A stretch of 64,000 nt of DNA from assembly GCF_009914755.1 (NCBI RefSeq), contig NC_060929.1; one strand, given 5' to 3'. The translations under genes were made by a program, and so were the position numbers. This document shows positions 14,039-28,041 of this stretch, piece after piece (the stretch's first letter is position 1; the number at the start of each line of letters is the position of its first letter). The notes under the pieces are model-generated. The model was given only the letters and a program-made list of their open reading frames with translations. It did no database searches and was not told where the DNA came from. Origin of the DNA: the human T2T-CHM13v2.0 reference genome, Homo sapiens.

Positions 14039-15329
14039 AGAAGTTACTGCGAAAAGTTAAAATGGAAAGTGTTCCATAATTAAAGTTAGATTTTGTACAT
14101 GAATTATTAAAAAATAATCCTTTCCAGAATATACTATTTTAAAAAACTATTTTAAAAATTTTACTTTTTTGCTTCTGGGCTTTAAAAACACATGTAACTT
14201 TTGTGATATTATATAGTTCCAAGAAATGTTGTTAATGATGTCTGTACTTTAAAAAGTCATATCCATGATACGAATGATTCTATTTTATAGCATTATGCAA
14301 ATTTGTTTTATTTCCAAGCTTTCAGTCATTTTTTCCCCAAAGCTAGCACCAAAGATTGCTTTGCAAGAATATCAAATCAAATTTCCACTCTCTGAAACAT
14401 TTTGTGTGAGCTAGAATACTTTCACATGAACAAGAAAATAATTAAGGCAGCAAAAGAGACCATTGTTCATGACCCAGGCCAAATCATAACATGACTACAA
14501 CCAGATAATAAATGCTGCCATTTTCTAGTTTGGGATTTAATTTAATTATTATTATTATTTTTACAGAATCATGTCCGCTAATTATAATAGGTGGGATGAT
14601 ATGGACTTGAAAACAATCTCCCTTGACTTACTCAGGAGATACTTGTCTTGATTATTGCAAAAGTTCCCAGGCTCTAAGAATCAGTAAACCATAGTATTTT
14701 TCAATAAAAGCAGACATCTCTTTTGTGTTTTTTAAAATCCTGCATCCACTTAACAATAGTTAACACCTATAGCACTGGTCAGTCTACCATTTTTGTTATT
14801 TCACCCAACCATTTGTTCTAGCTCCTAAAGTTTCTTCTGGGCTACACTTATTGAATAATAACATTGTGCAAAGTATTAGGCACCAAGTAATTAGTCTGTA
14901 AACATATGTAAGTCCTCACAATGACAGGTAGAGCAAATTTAAAACATGTTTGATTCAAATTAAAGGTTTATTCCATTTCTATTGCTATAGAATAAATGGC
15001 AGTAACAATAATAATATATATTCTATCATTAATAGAAGGGAGAAATAGAAATTGTAGTGCAGTTGTGCACATTCAAGGTAAGAATAAATAAACTTTGAAT
15101 TCCAAAGGTGAGAAAATCTTAATAGAAACACTCAATATTTATTATGTAGACACATATACACATAGATATACACACAAGCTATCACATATTCTATATAACT
15201 GTTCATGTATTTTGCCTAAGTATACAAAACTGTTTTCTTTTTGGACTCAACTGACTTTCATTTCACCAAAGATGCCAACACACCTCCTACTGCAGAGCTT
15301 TGTCATTTGTTGACACTTTGCCTACAATT

Positions 15330-15625
15330 CATTTTCCACTCATTTGCATCATCTCATTTTTATATGACTAGATAGATTCCATCTTTCATGATTCAAGGTA
15401 AGCATCATATCCTTAGGAAAGTCTTACCTGGCTAGCAATCTAGACACTTGTCCTTACTATTCAACATTTCAGCACAAGATTTGTTTTCTTCATAGTATCT
15501 ATTAAAGTAGATTATCATGTGTTTGTATTTTCACCTACAGAGTTGCTGTAGTCACTAATATATAGTCAGCATCTTGTACGGAATCTGTTACCTAGTAGGC
15601 TCTGAATAAGCATTAATTGCACAAA
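15330..15625 (+). mobile_element. L2 3'-end relic
   Basis: Ends GGAATCTGTTACCTAGTAGGCTCTGAATAAGCATTAATTG, typical of the L2 terminus. Confidence 0.5.
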
Positions 15626-17974
15626 CAAAAATGTTAATTGTGTATATATTATGTTATATATCACAGATGTGTAATAATTCTTTGTCATTTAGGGAGTGAC
15701 AAGGGATTATTTGAGAAGAGCAGCAATTTAATTCACTGTAACATACTTTACTGATAAAGTTTATAGGCCTTAATGAGTACAGTTTGCTATCTGCTTTTTC
15801 AGGAGTACTCAGTAAAGAATATTTAGAAACAAAATAACTCCATAAAACATCTGTTCGTATCTTAGTGTTGTTCTACTCAGTGTTGATTGGCTTGTCCTTA
15901 ATTCGTTGTGATCAGGCCTCATGCAGAGAACTGAGAACAAACAAAAATGAAATATATTTCACCAAGTCATGAGCAAGTTTTTACATATTTAATGAATAAA
16001 AATCATACTTGTACATGTGTACTCAATTTTGTCAAAGTGAACTCAAGATTTGTCTTATTGAGCCTTACAAGTATAATAAAGAAAACTGTGACATTATCAA
16101 ATTGATTTATTTTTTTCTCAGTTGCTTTTCTTAACTCTGCATTGAATTTTAATTGTTTAATTTGTGCAATTGGGAAAGATGTTGAATGTTAGGCAAATAA
16201 TTTAAAAGTGGCCAAATCTGACATGTTCTTTTCCATTTATTTCATAGTATTGGTAAAAATTACAATTAATGCCATTGCTTGTTATCATTATAAATTAATT
16301 TATTTTGTTATGATAGCCAAGTTAATAGCAAAATAATTGCAGAAATATTTTTAATCCAGTATGCTAATTATCATTGTGAAGAATAACAAGAGTTTGCCCC
16401 AGAATATGTTCAAATTTTTAAGCATACATATCATCTAGCCTTTTTTATATCTGTATATATACTTTCCTATATTTATATACCACTATTCACACATTCTACA
16501 GCCATTTTTGTCAATAATATTTTTAAACAAGATCATAGCTCAGAGTTAAAATAAGGGGAATATTTAATAGAAATTATATTTTCCAAGGAAAACTCACCCT
16601 AAGAAAATTTGAATTAAATCTATTTATACAATATTATGTAAACATTTTTATAAAAAATACAAGAAAATGTTTTTAAAAAAGAAAAAAATTCAAACCAGTA
16701 CACCACAAAATTAACTCAAAATTAATATTACTCAGACCCAGTTTCTATATTACCCTTCTGATTTAACAACATTTAACTCTTTTAATTTCAATTATGGGGT
16801 TTTTCAATGAAATTCTAAAAAAATTGTTTTATTTTTCCTTCTCGATTTATCAACTTTAGACTATTTCTATTTACTTCTTGTGAAGTATGAGAAATTCTGC
16901 CTTGTGAGACTTCTTTTATCTTTCCAAACCTTTTATTAAATTATTTTTAGTTTTTCATATATTTATCCTCTAATTTTAAGTGATTTGCTTAAATCTGTAT
17001 TTCTTATTTCTCTAAATAAAGACAGATTGGATCTCAGACTTCATAAGATGAAAAAAAAATGCTAATACCCCTACTTTTAGCTACCCAAATTCTCCCTAAT
17101 TCGACTTCTAACTTCAGATATTCAGACGACTAAAATCCATTGATAAGGTTTATCAAACTTACAGTTCCTACTGCAATAAAATTTAAAATATCTGTGTTTT
17201 GTAATATTTTGATTCTAAAATGGAAAACAAAGAGCATTTATATCATTAATGTAAATATTTTTTATTACAGAACATGACAGTGCATAGAGAAGAAAGGATA
17301 AGCATAAAGAAGAAGGTGTAATTTTCACACAGAAACTGCAAAATTTTAAAAAGAGTAATCTATTTTTAAGTTAAATATATTACATTTCATTGTGCTAAAA
17401 CTCATGCTGCATTTGCATTTTCGTTCATTTGGATCACAACGTTTTGTGCAGCTCTTTTTTTAAAAAAAATTCTGATTACTTTGACCTTTTCCTACTTGGC
17501 AGAAACAGTATAAAATTTTCTCACACTACTGATGACATTATCCAGATTGTTTATCATAGTACTAAAAAAATGTTTTACATATTACTGATTGCTTTCTAAA
17601 GGGGCTTGCCCATTTGTTCTTGGAATATTTTTTCAACGGAAGCTCCTGCTTTCCGCTTTTCATCTTTTTAGAATTCCTTTCTCATTTTGCTAGAGCATAT
17701 GTTCATTTTTTTTTCCTACAAATAACAGATATGGTCACTGACACTATACTTTGTCTATCTGTAAATATATTTTTATTTCCTTTTGGTTTTAGCTTTGCTA
17801 GTTTATAACTGTGGGTTCAAAGTTATTACAGTCAAAATCCTGGAGATATTTCTCCATTGTTTTATTATATATCATCCAATATTGTTCTCGAGAAGTCTGA
17901 CGTTCATATGCAACCTTCTGTTTGTCCATAGTGATTTGAAAATCTATTACATACGATTTTAAAAGAAGGAATTT

Positions 17975-20311
17975 GGGGCTCCCATCGCTCTGTGACAACC
18001 ACCGCCGCCCCCTGCCTAGCAACCACCGCCACCGCCCTGGCCTGTGAGGACCGGCTGTATGATTAGGCCATAATCTTCAATGAGTAAACATATTCCTCAG
18101 TTTTGTGGTGTTCTCTGTCACACATGTATGAAATTTCTGAGGGGCAGTGGAGATTACTACCAGGCACGGCATGACCTCTATGCAGACAAATGAACTGTAA
18201 GGAACGCCCCATAAGAATGGTTATCCTGGACACAGAAGTGTTGAATTGAAACCCGCAGAGCATTTTACAAGAGTTCTCACCTAGATGGGGTAAACCCTAG
18301 TGCCCTTACTTTCTGTTAGACTCAGTATTACTGAATTGAAGAATTACTGCTTCTTGTTAGGAGGTTCATTTCATTTATTATTACTTACAGCTTCATATTC
18401 AAAGCACTGAAAATTTCAAGTGGAGTATGTTGAAGTAGACTTCAGTTTCTTTGCATCATTTCTGTATCCAATTTTTAAAATTCTTTCATAAACCTATTGA
18501 GTGTTTTTTTTAATTAAATTAAGATGGCTTGACTCCTGTGGAAGTCACACAAAAAAACATGAGATTTCTTATTACATACAATCAAACCAATGTGACCTTA
18601 AACAAATTTAGAGAGGAACTTAAGAAGTATGGAGTTACCACAATAGTAAGAGTATGTGAAGCAATTTATGACACTACTCTTGTGGAGAGGAAGGTATCCA
18701 TGTTCTCAATTGGCCTTTTGATGATGGTGCACCACCATCCAACTAGATTGTTGATGACTGGTTAAGTATTGTAAAAATCAAGTTTTGTGAAGAACCTGGT
18801 TGATGTATTGCTATTCATTGTGTTGCAGGCCTTCAGAGAGCTCCAATACTTGTTGCTTAGCATTAATTGAAGGTGGAATGAAATATGAAGATGCAGTACA
18901 ATTTATAAGACAAAACCAGCATGAAGCATTTAACAGCAAGAAACTTTTGTAGTTGGAGAAGTATCCTCCTAAAATACAGCTGCTCTTCAAAGACTCCAAA
19001 GGTCATAGAAACAACTGTTGCATTCAGTAAAACTGGGGTGCCTCATGCTATTGCCTTGGAAGTGGAACTTGAGACGACCTTTTGTTATACATATTAGACA
19101 ACATGTCGGCTTAGTGAATAAGTCTAATGAATCTTCCATAGGAGTACTGAAAGGCAGTTTTACCAGACCACAAGCTAGACAGATTTGACAACCTCTGTGT
19201 TTGGGCTACAGTTAAACAATTTGGACACTTGGCAAAAGATTTCTGGCTGTCAGTATTTAAAGTGTGCTTGTCATTCATACCAATTGACCTTTCCTGAAAT
19301 CGTGCATTATTGAGTTATGTCTTGTTTAAATCTATTCACATGCCAGAATCTTAACAATATACAAGAAATTTAAGGTTAGGTGCCAAAATACCCAGCACAA
19401 TACTTGCATATTTTTAGTATCATATAGAACTAAAATCCCAAGGAATTATGAACACTCTAGGCCTTATGTGGTTTATTCCTTCAATCTTTTCAAACATTGA
19501 AAGTAGGGCCTACATAGTTATTTGCTTACTCACTTTATGTTTACACCTCCCACATCAGGTTTATTTAAACCCCGATTTTTTTTTACCAAGTCTTACAGTG
19601 ATTACTTAACATGTATCTATAAATCTTACTTTGTGCTGTTATGTAAAAACCTCCATTTTGAAAATCTACATTATACAGAAGCATCTGTCTTTAATGTCTT
19701 CAGACAAAACAGCCTTACAGTTAATTTAATGTTTGCACTCTGAGATACAACTTAACAGGGAGGGCGGGAGAAAAGAATGGGAGGGGGCTATTAGTTATTT
19801 TTAGCAAAATATTGTCTTTGTCTTGTGCAGAACTTGTAGAATATGCTCTTTAGCTTAGTAAATATTTTTAAAGGTAGAGTTGCTTTGTTATTGTAGCTAA
19901 AACAATTCTTATTCATAAAATTTCTGAAATTCTTATAATTTTTTCCATACTCATCAGAAGTTGTTTACCAACTTACTTTTGTTTGAATTGTGATTTTTTT
20001 TCCCTTTTCTTCTTGACTTCTCCTGAGAAAAAAGAAGTGGGTTTCTGCTAATAAATTGAGCAAACATCTAATATTTTGTATGTCTTTTGAGCTGTGTAAC
20101 TTAATATTTGGATACCTGATAATTTGTTTTACTATGTACTTGATAAATGGTGATGTGCATTAGTATTCGTTCAACTATATATTTATACTGTCTGGGGACA
20201 TGTTTTATAGTTCTTTGGGAGAAATAATTTGTCAGTGTGTACCAAATTGTAAAAACCTAGTGTGAGAGCTTAAACATCTAAATAAATAATGAAATTGAAA
20301 TGCAGAAAAAA
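17975..20311 (+). pseudogene. PTP4A1P: Processed pseudogene of PTP4A1 (PRL-1 phosphatase): 5'UTR, disabled CDS 18524-19030 and ~1.27 kb of 3'UTR
   Basis: Intronless. ORF 18529..18765 reads [45 protein letters not shown] (PRL-1). Further frames give [17 protein letters not shown] (P-loop) and C-terminal HRNNCCIQ* (CaaX; TAA 19028-19030). Disablements: ATG GCT TGA at codon 3, a 13-nt deletion, two 1-nt deletions and further TGA/TAG stops. AATAAA at 20281-20286, then an A-rich remnant. TTTT/AAAA L1-endonuclease site at 17957-17964. Pseudogene number not assignable from sequence alone. Confidence 0.95.
18080..18193 (+). other. Copy of the PTP4A1 upstream ORF (37 aa), still open in the pseudogene
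   Basis: ATG 18080 to TGA 18191-18193 translates MSKHIPQFCGVLCHTCMKFLRGSGDYYQARHDLYADK*. It corresponds to the conserved uORF recalled from the PTP4A1 leader. Confidence 0.8.
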
Positions 20312-21609
20312 GGGAGTGGGAATTTTTACACGTTTTCTGTGAGGTAGTTAGTCAACACATTTAACCTGATGACACAGGTTTTTTCTGAATAATGTGTTTC
20401 TAATATTTTCTTCATATTTTCTCCCTCTACTTTGTATGTTTTCACTTTAATAGTTGGACATACTTAGATTGAACTTTACATCAATCAATTTTCTATGATA
20501 TTTTCTATCTAACTGACTTTCGCATTATCAATGTTACCTTCCAAAACTTTAAAAGTTAAAACATTTAATTAAATACTTTTAAAACAATTTTAGACTTAGA
20601 GAAGAGTTATATTATGAGAATGCTTTAAAAAAGTTAGCCAGCTTTAGCAGAAAAGACACATGGGAAATCTTCAACAGAGAGCCCTACTCCACCATGATAA
20701 TGCTTTTGCTTATTTCTCTCATGAAACCAGATTAATTTAGTGAGAATTTTGATGGGAAATTATTAGTCATACACTTCACAGTCCTGATTTGACTTTTTCT
20801 AGCACTTCCTTTTTTCTAATTTTAAAAAAAATCTATAATGGATACCCATTTTTCTTCAGTTAATAATGTAAAAAGATAGCATTGATATGGTTAAATTCAC
20901 TGATATGGTTAAAGTTCTTTAGGGATAGACTAAAAGGATGCTATCACTGCTTTCGAAATTGCCTTGACCTCTATGGAGCTTTTGTTGGGAAATGAAGTTT
21001 TATATTTTTTATTTTTATCTTTTAATTTTATTTTTTCCACAAATATTATAAAGTTATCTTATAATTGAGACCCTTGAGGAGAATGGGTTTTACGACTAGT
21101 GGCGATTTTTCTTGTGCTTCTTTTGGTCTGCTGGTCTGCAGTTTTCTCTAGTTTGGTTTATTTACTTCCTAAATCCTATCTTCCTTATATTATCCAGAGA
21201 TTTTGTGAGAGAAAATTGTTCAGGCAGCTTAAAATATTCTCTATGTTTTTATGAATTTTACCAGTTCCACTAGATATTTACTGTAATTTAAATAGAGTTT
21301 TATGGTGGAAACAAATTTAAGTGTAATTTTTCAGGCCACCATCTTGAACTAAAAATTAAACTGAATTTTTAAGCTACTATTTTTATTTTTTAAAAAAGAA
21401 ATAAAATTATTTTAAAAGTTAGAAATAATAGTGACCTGCTGTAAACTTGGTGTTCGGATTACAACCTGTAACTTAAATTTGTAAAAACATTCATATTTCA
21501 TCTGCTTTTCAAAAGTTAAACAAGTTTGCTTGAAAATATATAGTAGTCATAAGGTGTTATGCAGAGAAGAAAAAACAGCCTCTATATCAAATTTCGTATA
21601 AGGAATTCT

Positions 21610-21760
21610 CTTGAGATGCACTTTTATAGAACATTTTACCTCACCACAGAATTTTATAAGTACCCGATCTTTTTTACTTCACCGTAAGAATACTTAGGCA
21701 CAAAAGAGATAAATGGCATCCTCTGGGTATAGTCTCAGTAAAATGAAGTTCAAATAAACA
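21610..21760 (-). mobile_element. MIR relic
   Basis: TTTTACTTCACCGTAAGAATACTTAGGCACAAAAGAGATAAATG resembles the antisense MIR core. Confidence 0.5.
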
Positions 21761-23559
21761 TCTTAACAACTAGAGAGCTTAATAAGGACTGTCGCCCCAG
21801 CCAGATAAAAGCAATAGACAAAATAACAACAGTACAAGCAACAACAATAAGCAAACCACTACAATTTTTTTAAATTGCCTTTAAAGATATTGAAAGCTGA
21901 AGACTAGCAATACAGAATGAGAGTCTAAGATTTCAATTTGTACTTGTCATGGAAAGCTAAACAATGTCCAGAAATTAGCAGTACCTTTTCTTTCTCATTT
22001 TATTTATGATAGTCAATGTCTTTGTTTGTTTTAGTTGTAGGTAGTAGAATAGTATAATGCTAAGTATATTTCTTAACTAGGGTTCACTTGGCAGCCATTC
22101 TAATAAATCTTTGTTCTTTTCTTTTAAGGTTTCTGCCCCTTTGTTTTAGAAAATTCAGAGACTGCACCAGGAATTCATTTTTTTTTTTGTCTTTTTGGAC
22201 AGTTAATGTTAGTAATTTAGTTTATAAGAAAAATTCCTTTGCAATACCTAAGTGCCTAGCATTCATTTGTTCCCCTCATGATCTCCTTGGCAATTCTTAT
22301 ATTTTTATGAGGGAAATCTATGAAATGCAATCAATCTGTGTGGGTTTTATATATGCACTCCCAACTTGCTCAGCTTGCTCAGATGTGCAGAAAACATCCG
22401 GGATCAAAACAAGGAGGAGAGGAAACTGAAGTCCATCAGGATAAACAAGAATAAAATGCATTTAATTTATTAATCAAACCACAAGTCAGTATTTTCAAAA
22501 TAGATAATAAAGCATTCTTAAAACAAGATAGGAGACCATAGTATACTTTAAGTTGGTGAACATGCTAAAATGTTTTCTCTTCCCTGCTCGTGCTAAAGGA
22601 TGAGAACAGCACATATACACAGACCTGGAGAAGTTTTGGTAAACCTTTCTCTTGGAGACCCCATGAACTGTGGTGAATTAGAGAGGCTACCTTAGTGTCT
22701 TGCTTAGAGGTGAGCTTGCTTATAGCTTCATCAACATTCTGTGGTCAAGAGCAAGGGTAAACATCTCCTGTAGGATTTTCGGCCCAGTGGCACACATAAG
22801 AATCCAAAAGAGGGTTAAAGGATTAACCCTTGAAGATGTGTTTTGAAGATATGAACATTATAAAATTATAAATATGATGAGGCCTTCTCTTTAAGCTCTA
22901 AAATCCACACTATGCAGAGCTCAATAAAATACAAAGACAATAACAATTTGGAAAGAAACCAGAGGAAATATTCTTTGCCTTCCTATTCTTTAAAAAGAGC
23001 CTATCTGTATTGTACCCTAAATTTAAAAACATGATTCTGAATCTGGGAGCGTTGGGAGCCAGATGTTCACAGGGTTATGTCTTCATTTATTTCACTCAGT
23101 TAAAAACTCACAGAACAGAACAATGTGGCTACCCAATGTTTAATTTTATATCATGACTTTTATTTAGAATGAGTTGGTCAGCAGGAAAATCTATGCTTTC
23201 TAGTGTCACCTTTGACTTTCGAATCTGTTCCTTTTCCTCCACTGTATGTTACTCTGAGTCGTCCTAAGGCTGTGAGTGCTATTCCCAGGACTTTCACCTC
23301 CTGTGTATTTACATTAAACATTTCATGAAACAAAACACTATTCTGGAATTTAGAAGGTTGTTTCTTCACAGCAGTAATTAATAGATAGGTATGTATTTTT
23401 GTGAAGAGACAGGCTTTTCCTGGGGGAACAGTGTTAGGGACATAGTGCTGGGCTAAATAAAATCGAATAGCCTCACATCTGTCATGTCCTGACCATCTAT
23501 GAGCTGAACCTTAGATGTTTATTGCATTAAATTATCCTGGGGGTTAAAATGAGTCCTAT

Positions 23560-23716
23560 ACTCTCTTCCTCAATTATTTAAGTTCCTTAAAACCAGAAAG
23601 TGAGACCGTATTCACCTTCACCACTGCATTGCCTTGCTGCCTAGGTTAGGCATATGGAAGACCCCTAAAAAATATTTGTAAAAATTAATGAATGGATGGA
23701 TGGATGGATGAACAAG
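23560..23716 (+). mobile_element. L2 3' end with (TGGA)n tail
   Basis: TAAAAAATATTTGTAAAAATTAATGAATGGATGGATGGATGGATGAA terminus. Confidence 0.55.
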
Positions 23717-26114
23717 TAAACAATAAAACAGTTAGTTGCCATCTAACTGGTTTCCACACATAACATTTATTATAACTTGCTTTTTAAATGAAATATGTAT
23801 TATTTTTCACCACTAGATTACAGTGCACAATCAGCCTCTTTTTGGCCATTTCTGTTTCATCAGTGCCTAAGGAGCTAAATCAAGTGGAAAGCTTTATCTG
23901 AAATCCAGAAGTCTTATCCATTGAGCACATAAAGTGTAACACATTTTACATTTAATGAAGACATACATGGATTGCCATCCTAGAGCCCTGGCTAAATTAT
24001 CTGACTCTCAGATGACTGTGTTCTGCCTACTTAACTTCTCTATGCAGCAACTATTACTTTTAATGTTTTTCTCCATCCTTTAACTAACATTTAAAATTAT
24101 TTTGCACTTTCATTTGTAACTACCTAGGGGTGAAATGCAACAGCTATTTTTGTGGTGGTTAGAGTGGTCCCTGAAGAAATGCATTTAAATTTGCAAAGTA
24201 CTTTAGTTGCTTTTGAGACTTAAATTACTGCTCTGTAAATGTAGCATATTGCAACTGCCAATGCTGCTATAAAATAATGTATTGAGAAAGATTATAGACT
24301 TGTCTAAGATTACTTTCTTTGTTGTCATTTTTGCCATCCACTTTCTACCAATTTTCTTTTTTCTGTATTAAGTGAAAAATGTTTAAGGAATTTACCCTCT
24401 TTCCTCATTCCAGAGGCAAATTACCTAAGCAGATTAAAAGACTTTGGCTATCATAGCAAGCTATTTTGGAATATCAGTGTCATTTTCAATATATTATTTT
24501 CCTTTTGAAAACCATTTATACGTAATGAAAAGTGAAATGATTTGTAATAATTAGCCAGTGAACTCAATCCGGGCAGTAGTAACTTAATGGCTCATATCAC
24601 ATTCTCTATACAAATGTCATCCAAATATTTGGTTCCAGTTGGTTTATTTTGGAAAGGTTCCACAGTAAGACAATTTTGTCTGTCTTTGACAGTCAAAACA
24701 GTTCTACCAGTCTGCTTCATTAGTTGCTTTAGTTCAGCTAATATGCAACTCTCATGATCAATCCATGCCCTCAAGGTTTGGAGTCTTGTAAGAGGAAAAA
24801 AGAAAAACAAGAGTAGTCAATGAATTATTGGAAAGGAGTATTGTCACAAATGCTTTATGTTACTGTTAAAGCCAGAGACCCTGGAGGAAGAAGAATCTCG
24901 CTCCATCAGTTACAGATGGAGTGAGATTCATATTTATGCCTTCCAGAATTTCCTGATATTTCCATATAGATTATACAATTTTTTTAAAAAAATGTTGAAA
25001 ATCCAATCAAAATTATTTTCTGAGAAAATTTCTCAATTAACTCTGCTTATTTATACAATCTTCCCTTTGCAACTAACTACCCTTAATTAATCATTGTTGT
25101 TTTCTATTTTCTAAGTTGCTTTATAAATATGTGAATATTTGTGTTAAGTACATTCTTTTTCTTTCCCAATTTGTTATAAACTCTATTTAAAAAAAAGGTT
25201 TGGGTGTCCTCTGTGTCATCCTATATTTAATAATCTATTATACCAAAAATCTCAGATATAATCTCTTTCCCAGTTTTATTTATTGTAAAGAGTGACTATT
25301 GATACATACTGAAAAATTAAGTAAAATCAATATGAACTTTCCTTCACAACTGGAATTGATTAATTGAGATCATAAATTTAAAATGTAAATATGCCTTTAA
25401 CACAAATTACATATTTTTTGTTTTATTGTTAGAAAATGTAATTATAGGATTACAAAAAGTTTAAGAATAAAAAGGTAAAATTTAAGTGCATAATAAGTCG
25501 CAAAATTTTTTTCTAATTTTGTATTTTACTAAGTGACATAAATGGCACATAATACAGAATTTGTTCTTTGCATATAATTAATTCATTGATTTGAAAATTG
25601 AATGAATACTCAAAAGATTAAAATATAATTACAACTATATGAGGAAATAAAATACATATTTATATTTTCATATACCATTTTACTATTTCCTTTAATAAAG
25701 ATTTTTCTCTTTTACGAGTTATACTTTCCAGCTTTGGGCATCTTCCAAGTGCCTAGCCTGGGAAAACTGTTCTTTTTCTGCCTCTTTTAATCTTTATTGC
25801 CTTGTTAAGTCTAAATGATGACACTATGTTCTAAATATAAATTACCTACTACTTAAAAATTCTACCTAATCACTACCTTTGTTTAATCACTTCATCATTC
25901 ATCACTTCATATTATTTTAGTAAGTTTCTTTGACTCTTTTAGATTCTTGCCCCCTAAGCAAATTTTAGTTTGCTGTTGTATTTTGAAACATTTCTTCAAT
26001 TAACCTCTTTTTGAAGTAGCATCTTATTAGGATTTCTCCAAAATATAACAGAACTACTGCCAAAGGCTTTTTTACAGTTTCCTTTCAAATAGCATGTCTT
26101 TTCTTTTGAGCCAA

Positions 26115-26500
26115 ACAGTTTAGCCTAGGTAGTACTATCAGAACAAATCCTGAATCTCAATGGTTTAACAGAACAAAACTTTGATTTTCTCTCATAGTAT
26201 ATGCCCAGTGCTGGCTATCAGGGAGCTTTGTTCAGCTTCGTCACTCAGGAGCTCAGTAAAGGAAGAATTAATATCCCCATATACTACCATGACCACTGTA
26301 ACCCTGAGGGATAAAGTCAGGAGACTGGTGAATCACCACTCCCTTTCACCATTCTTAAACAACACTTTCTATTTGTGTCATCTAAACTACTATGTTATCT
26401 ATTTATTCAAGTCACATGGCAACATTAGACTTGAAATGGGATAGAGAAGTGCAATCTCACAATCTGACCAGAAGGAAGAAATATTTTGAAACAAACATTA
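26115..26500 (-). mobile_element. Old MaLR/ERVL LTR relic (MLT1J/K- or LTR33-like)
   Basis: AACAAATCCTGAATCTCAATGGTTTAACAGAACAAAACTTTGATTTTCTCTCAT resembles the antisense LTR end. Confidence 0.45.
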
Positions 26501-26581
26501 GAAATATTTTGTGAATGATATTTTGTGTTTGCACATTGCACTCCAGTCTAATTAACATAAGCAAATACCCAAATTTGTTAT

Positions 26582-27213
26582 TAATGGAGGATTTTTCTTC
26601 TTGGGTACTTTGAAAACCGGGGACCCCTGGCCGGTGATGCCTCGGCCAGGCCTTGCTCAGCCACACTGGCATGCCCCAGCTCACCTGTGTAATAGCTTGT
26701 ACCTGCATTTGGAGGTTCTGGAGATTTTGTACTATCCTCAAGTAAAAGAAGGATACGCTGGACATTGAAGGGTGAGGGGGGCGGAGAAGAATTTTATTGA
26801 GCGACAAAACAGCTCTCAGCAGAAAGGGGATGTGGCAGGTGGTTCCCCTACCCGAAGGTGGGAAAGTTCCCTGTGTGGCTGGGTCAGGGACCTTTTATGG
26901 ACTCAGCATGGGGAGTGTGTGCTGATTGGTTTGTGAGTATGCAAAAAAAGTTGAAGCGAAGACACCATTCAAAGGTGGGCACGACAGTGTAGAAAAAACA
27001 ATTACAAAAGGGTAGGTATGTGTAAAAACAGGTGAAGGGTGGGGACAGTCAGAGGAAAGTGCACCAAATGGGACGATAAGTTCTCAATCTGGTCAGAGGA
27101 TTTTACCTGTAGCTTGGCTTTCAGGCTTTAAACTGTCCTTGGCTTGGAGGTGGGGTTTCACCGGGAGCCCGCCCCTATCTACCTAGGCTTTTGGCTGCCT
27201 CCTGCCACTGTCA
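26582..27213 (-). mobile_element. Solo ERV1-class LTR (MER50/LTR29/MER48-related) with 4-bp TSD TTAT
   Basis: GC-rich island. The reverse strand begins TGACAGTGGCAGGAGGCAGCC...GGTGAAACCCCACCTCCAAGCC. Antisense AATAAA at ~26794. TTAT at 26578-26581 and 27214-27217. Confidence 0.8.
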
Positions 27214-27731
27214 TTATTATGTTTTAGTCTCTGTGTTCTTTTCATTACTTTAATCATCACATGAAATTTTTTAGTTAATAATATTATTATTTTTATCTTA
27301 CATTTAGGATTCACTGAGGCTCACAGGTTAAAGAATTGACAAAGTTCAGGATGGCAAAGTTAGATTGAAACGTCACTTGTCAGATGCAAAAATCATTGTA
27401 TTAAATGTACCGTCTTATAATTAATATATGATAGTTGAACTAACATGAATGACTTCATAGTAAAGCCCATGCAAATTAGAGATCTTATCCATTTTAAAGA
27501 TTTATTAATAACTTCAAGGATACGGGCAATCAAGCAACACAGGGAAAAGAGGGAGAGATATGACGATAAAAGGAAAGCTCCCAGATCCTTCCTTCCTGCA
27601 TGGGGTGTGTTCCTCTGGAATAGTAAAAGAGGTATATAAGTGACGTTTATGAGGTTATCTCACATAGCAGGAAGAATTTCAGTTATAAAACATTTATATT
27701 TTATATCTTACAGAGTTATAGAACTTATCCA

Positions 27732-28041
27732 GGCCGGGCGCGGTGGCTCACGCCTGTAATCCCAGCACTTTGGGAGACCGAGGCGGGTGGATCACGAGGT
27801 CAGGAGATCGAGACCATCCTGGCTAACACGGTGAAACCCCGTCTCTACTAAAAATACAAAAAAAAAAAAATTAGCCGGGCGTGATGGCGGGCGCCTGTAG
27901 TCCCAGCTACTCAAGAGGGTGAGGCAGGAGAATGGCGTGAACCCGGGAGGCGGAGCTTGCAGTGAGCCGAGATTGCGCCACTGCACTCCCGCCTGGGCCA
28001 CAGAGCGAGACTCCGTCTCAAAAAAAAAAAAAAAAAAAAAA
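27732..28041 (+). mobile_element. Young AluY (AluYj4-like) with 12-bp TSD
   Basis: Nearly all CpGs intact and pure poly-A tail. Variants GGGTGGATC, GATTGCG, CTCCCGCC and GGGCCACAG. TSD AGAACTTATCCA at 27720-27731 and 28042-28053. Confidence 0.95.

Noticed and set aside
18524-19030. Functional PRL-1 retrogene
   Set aside because: Stop at codon 3, 13-nt deletion, two frameshifts, additional stops, and a P-loop G-to-Q change.
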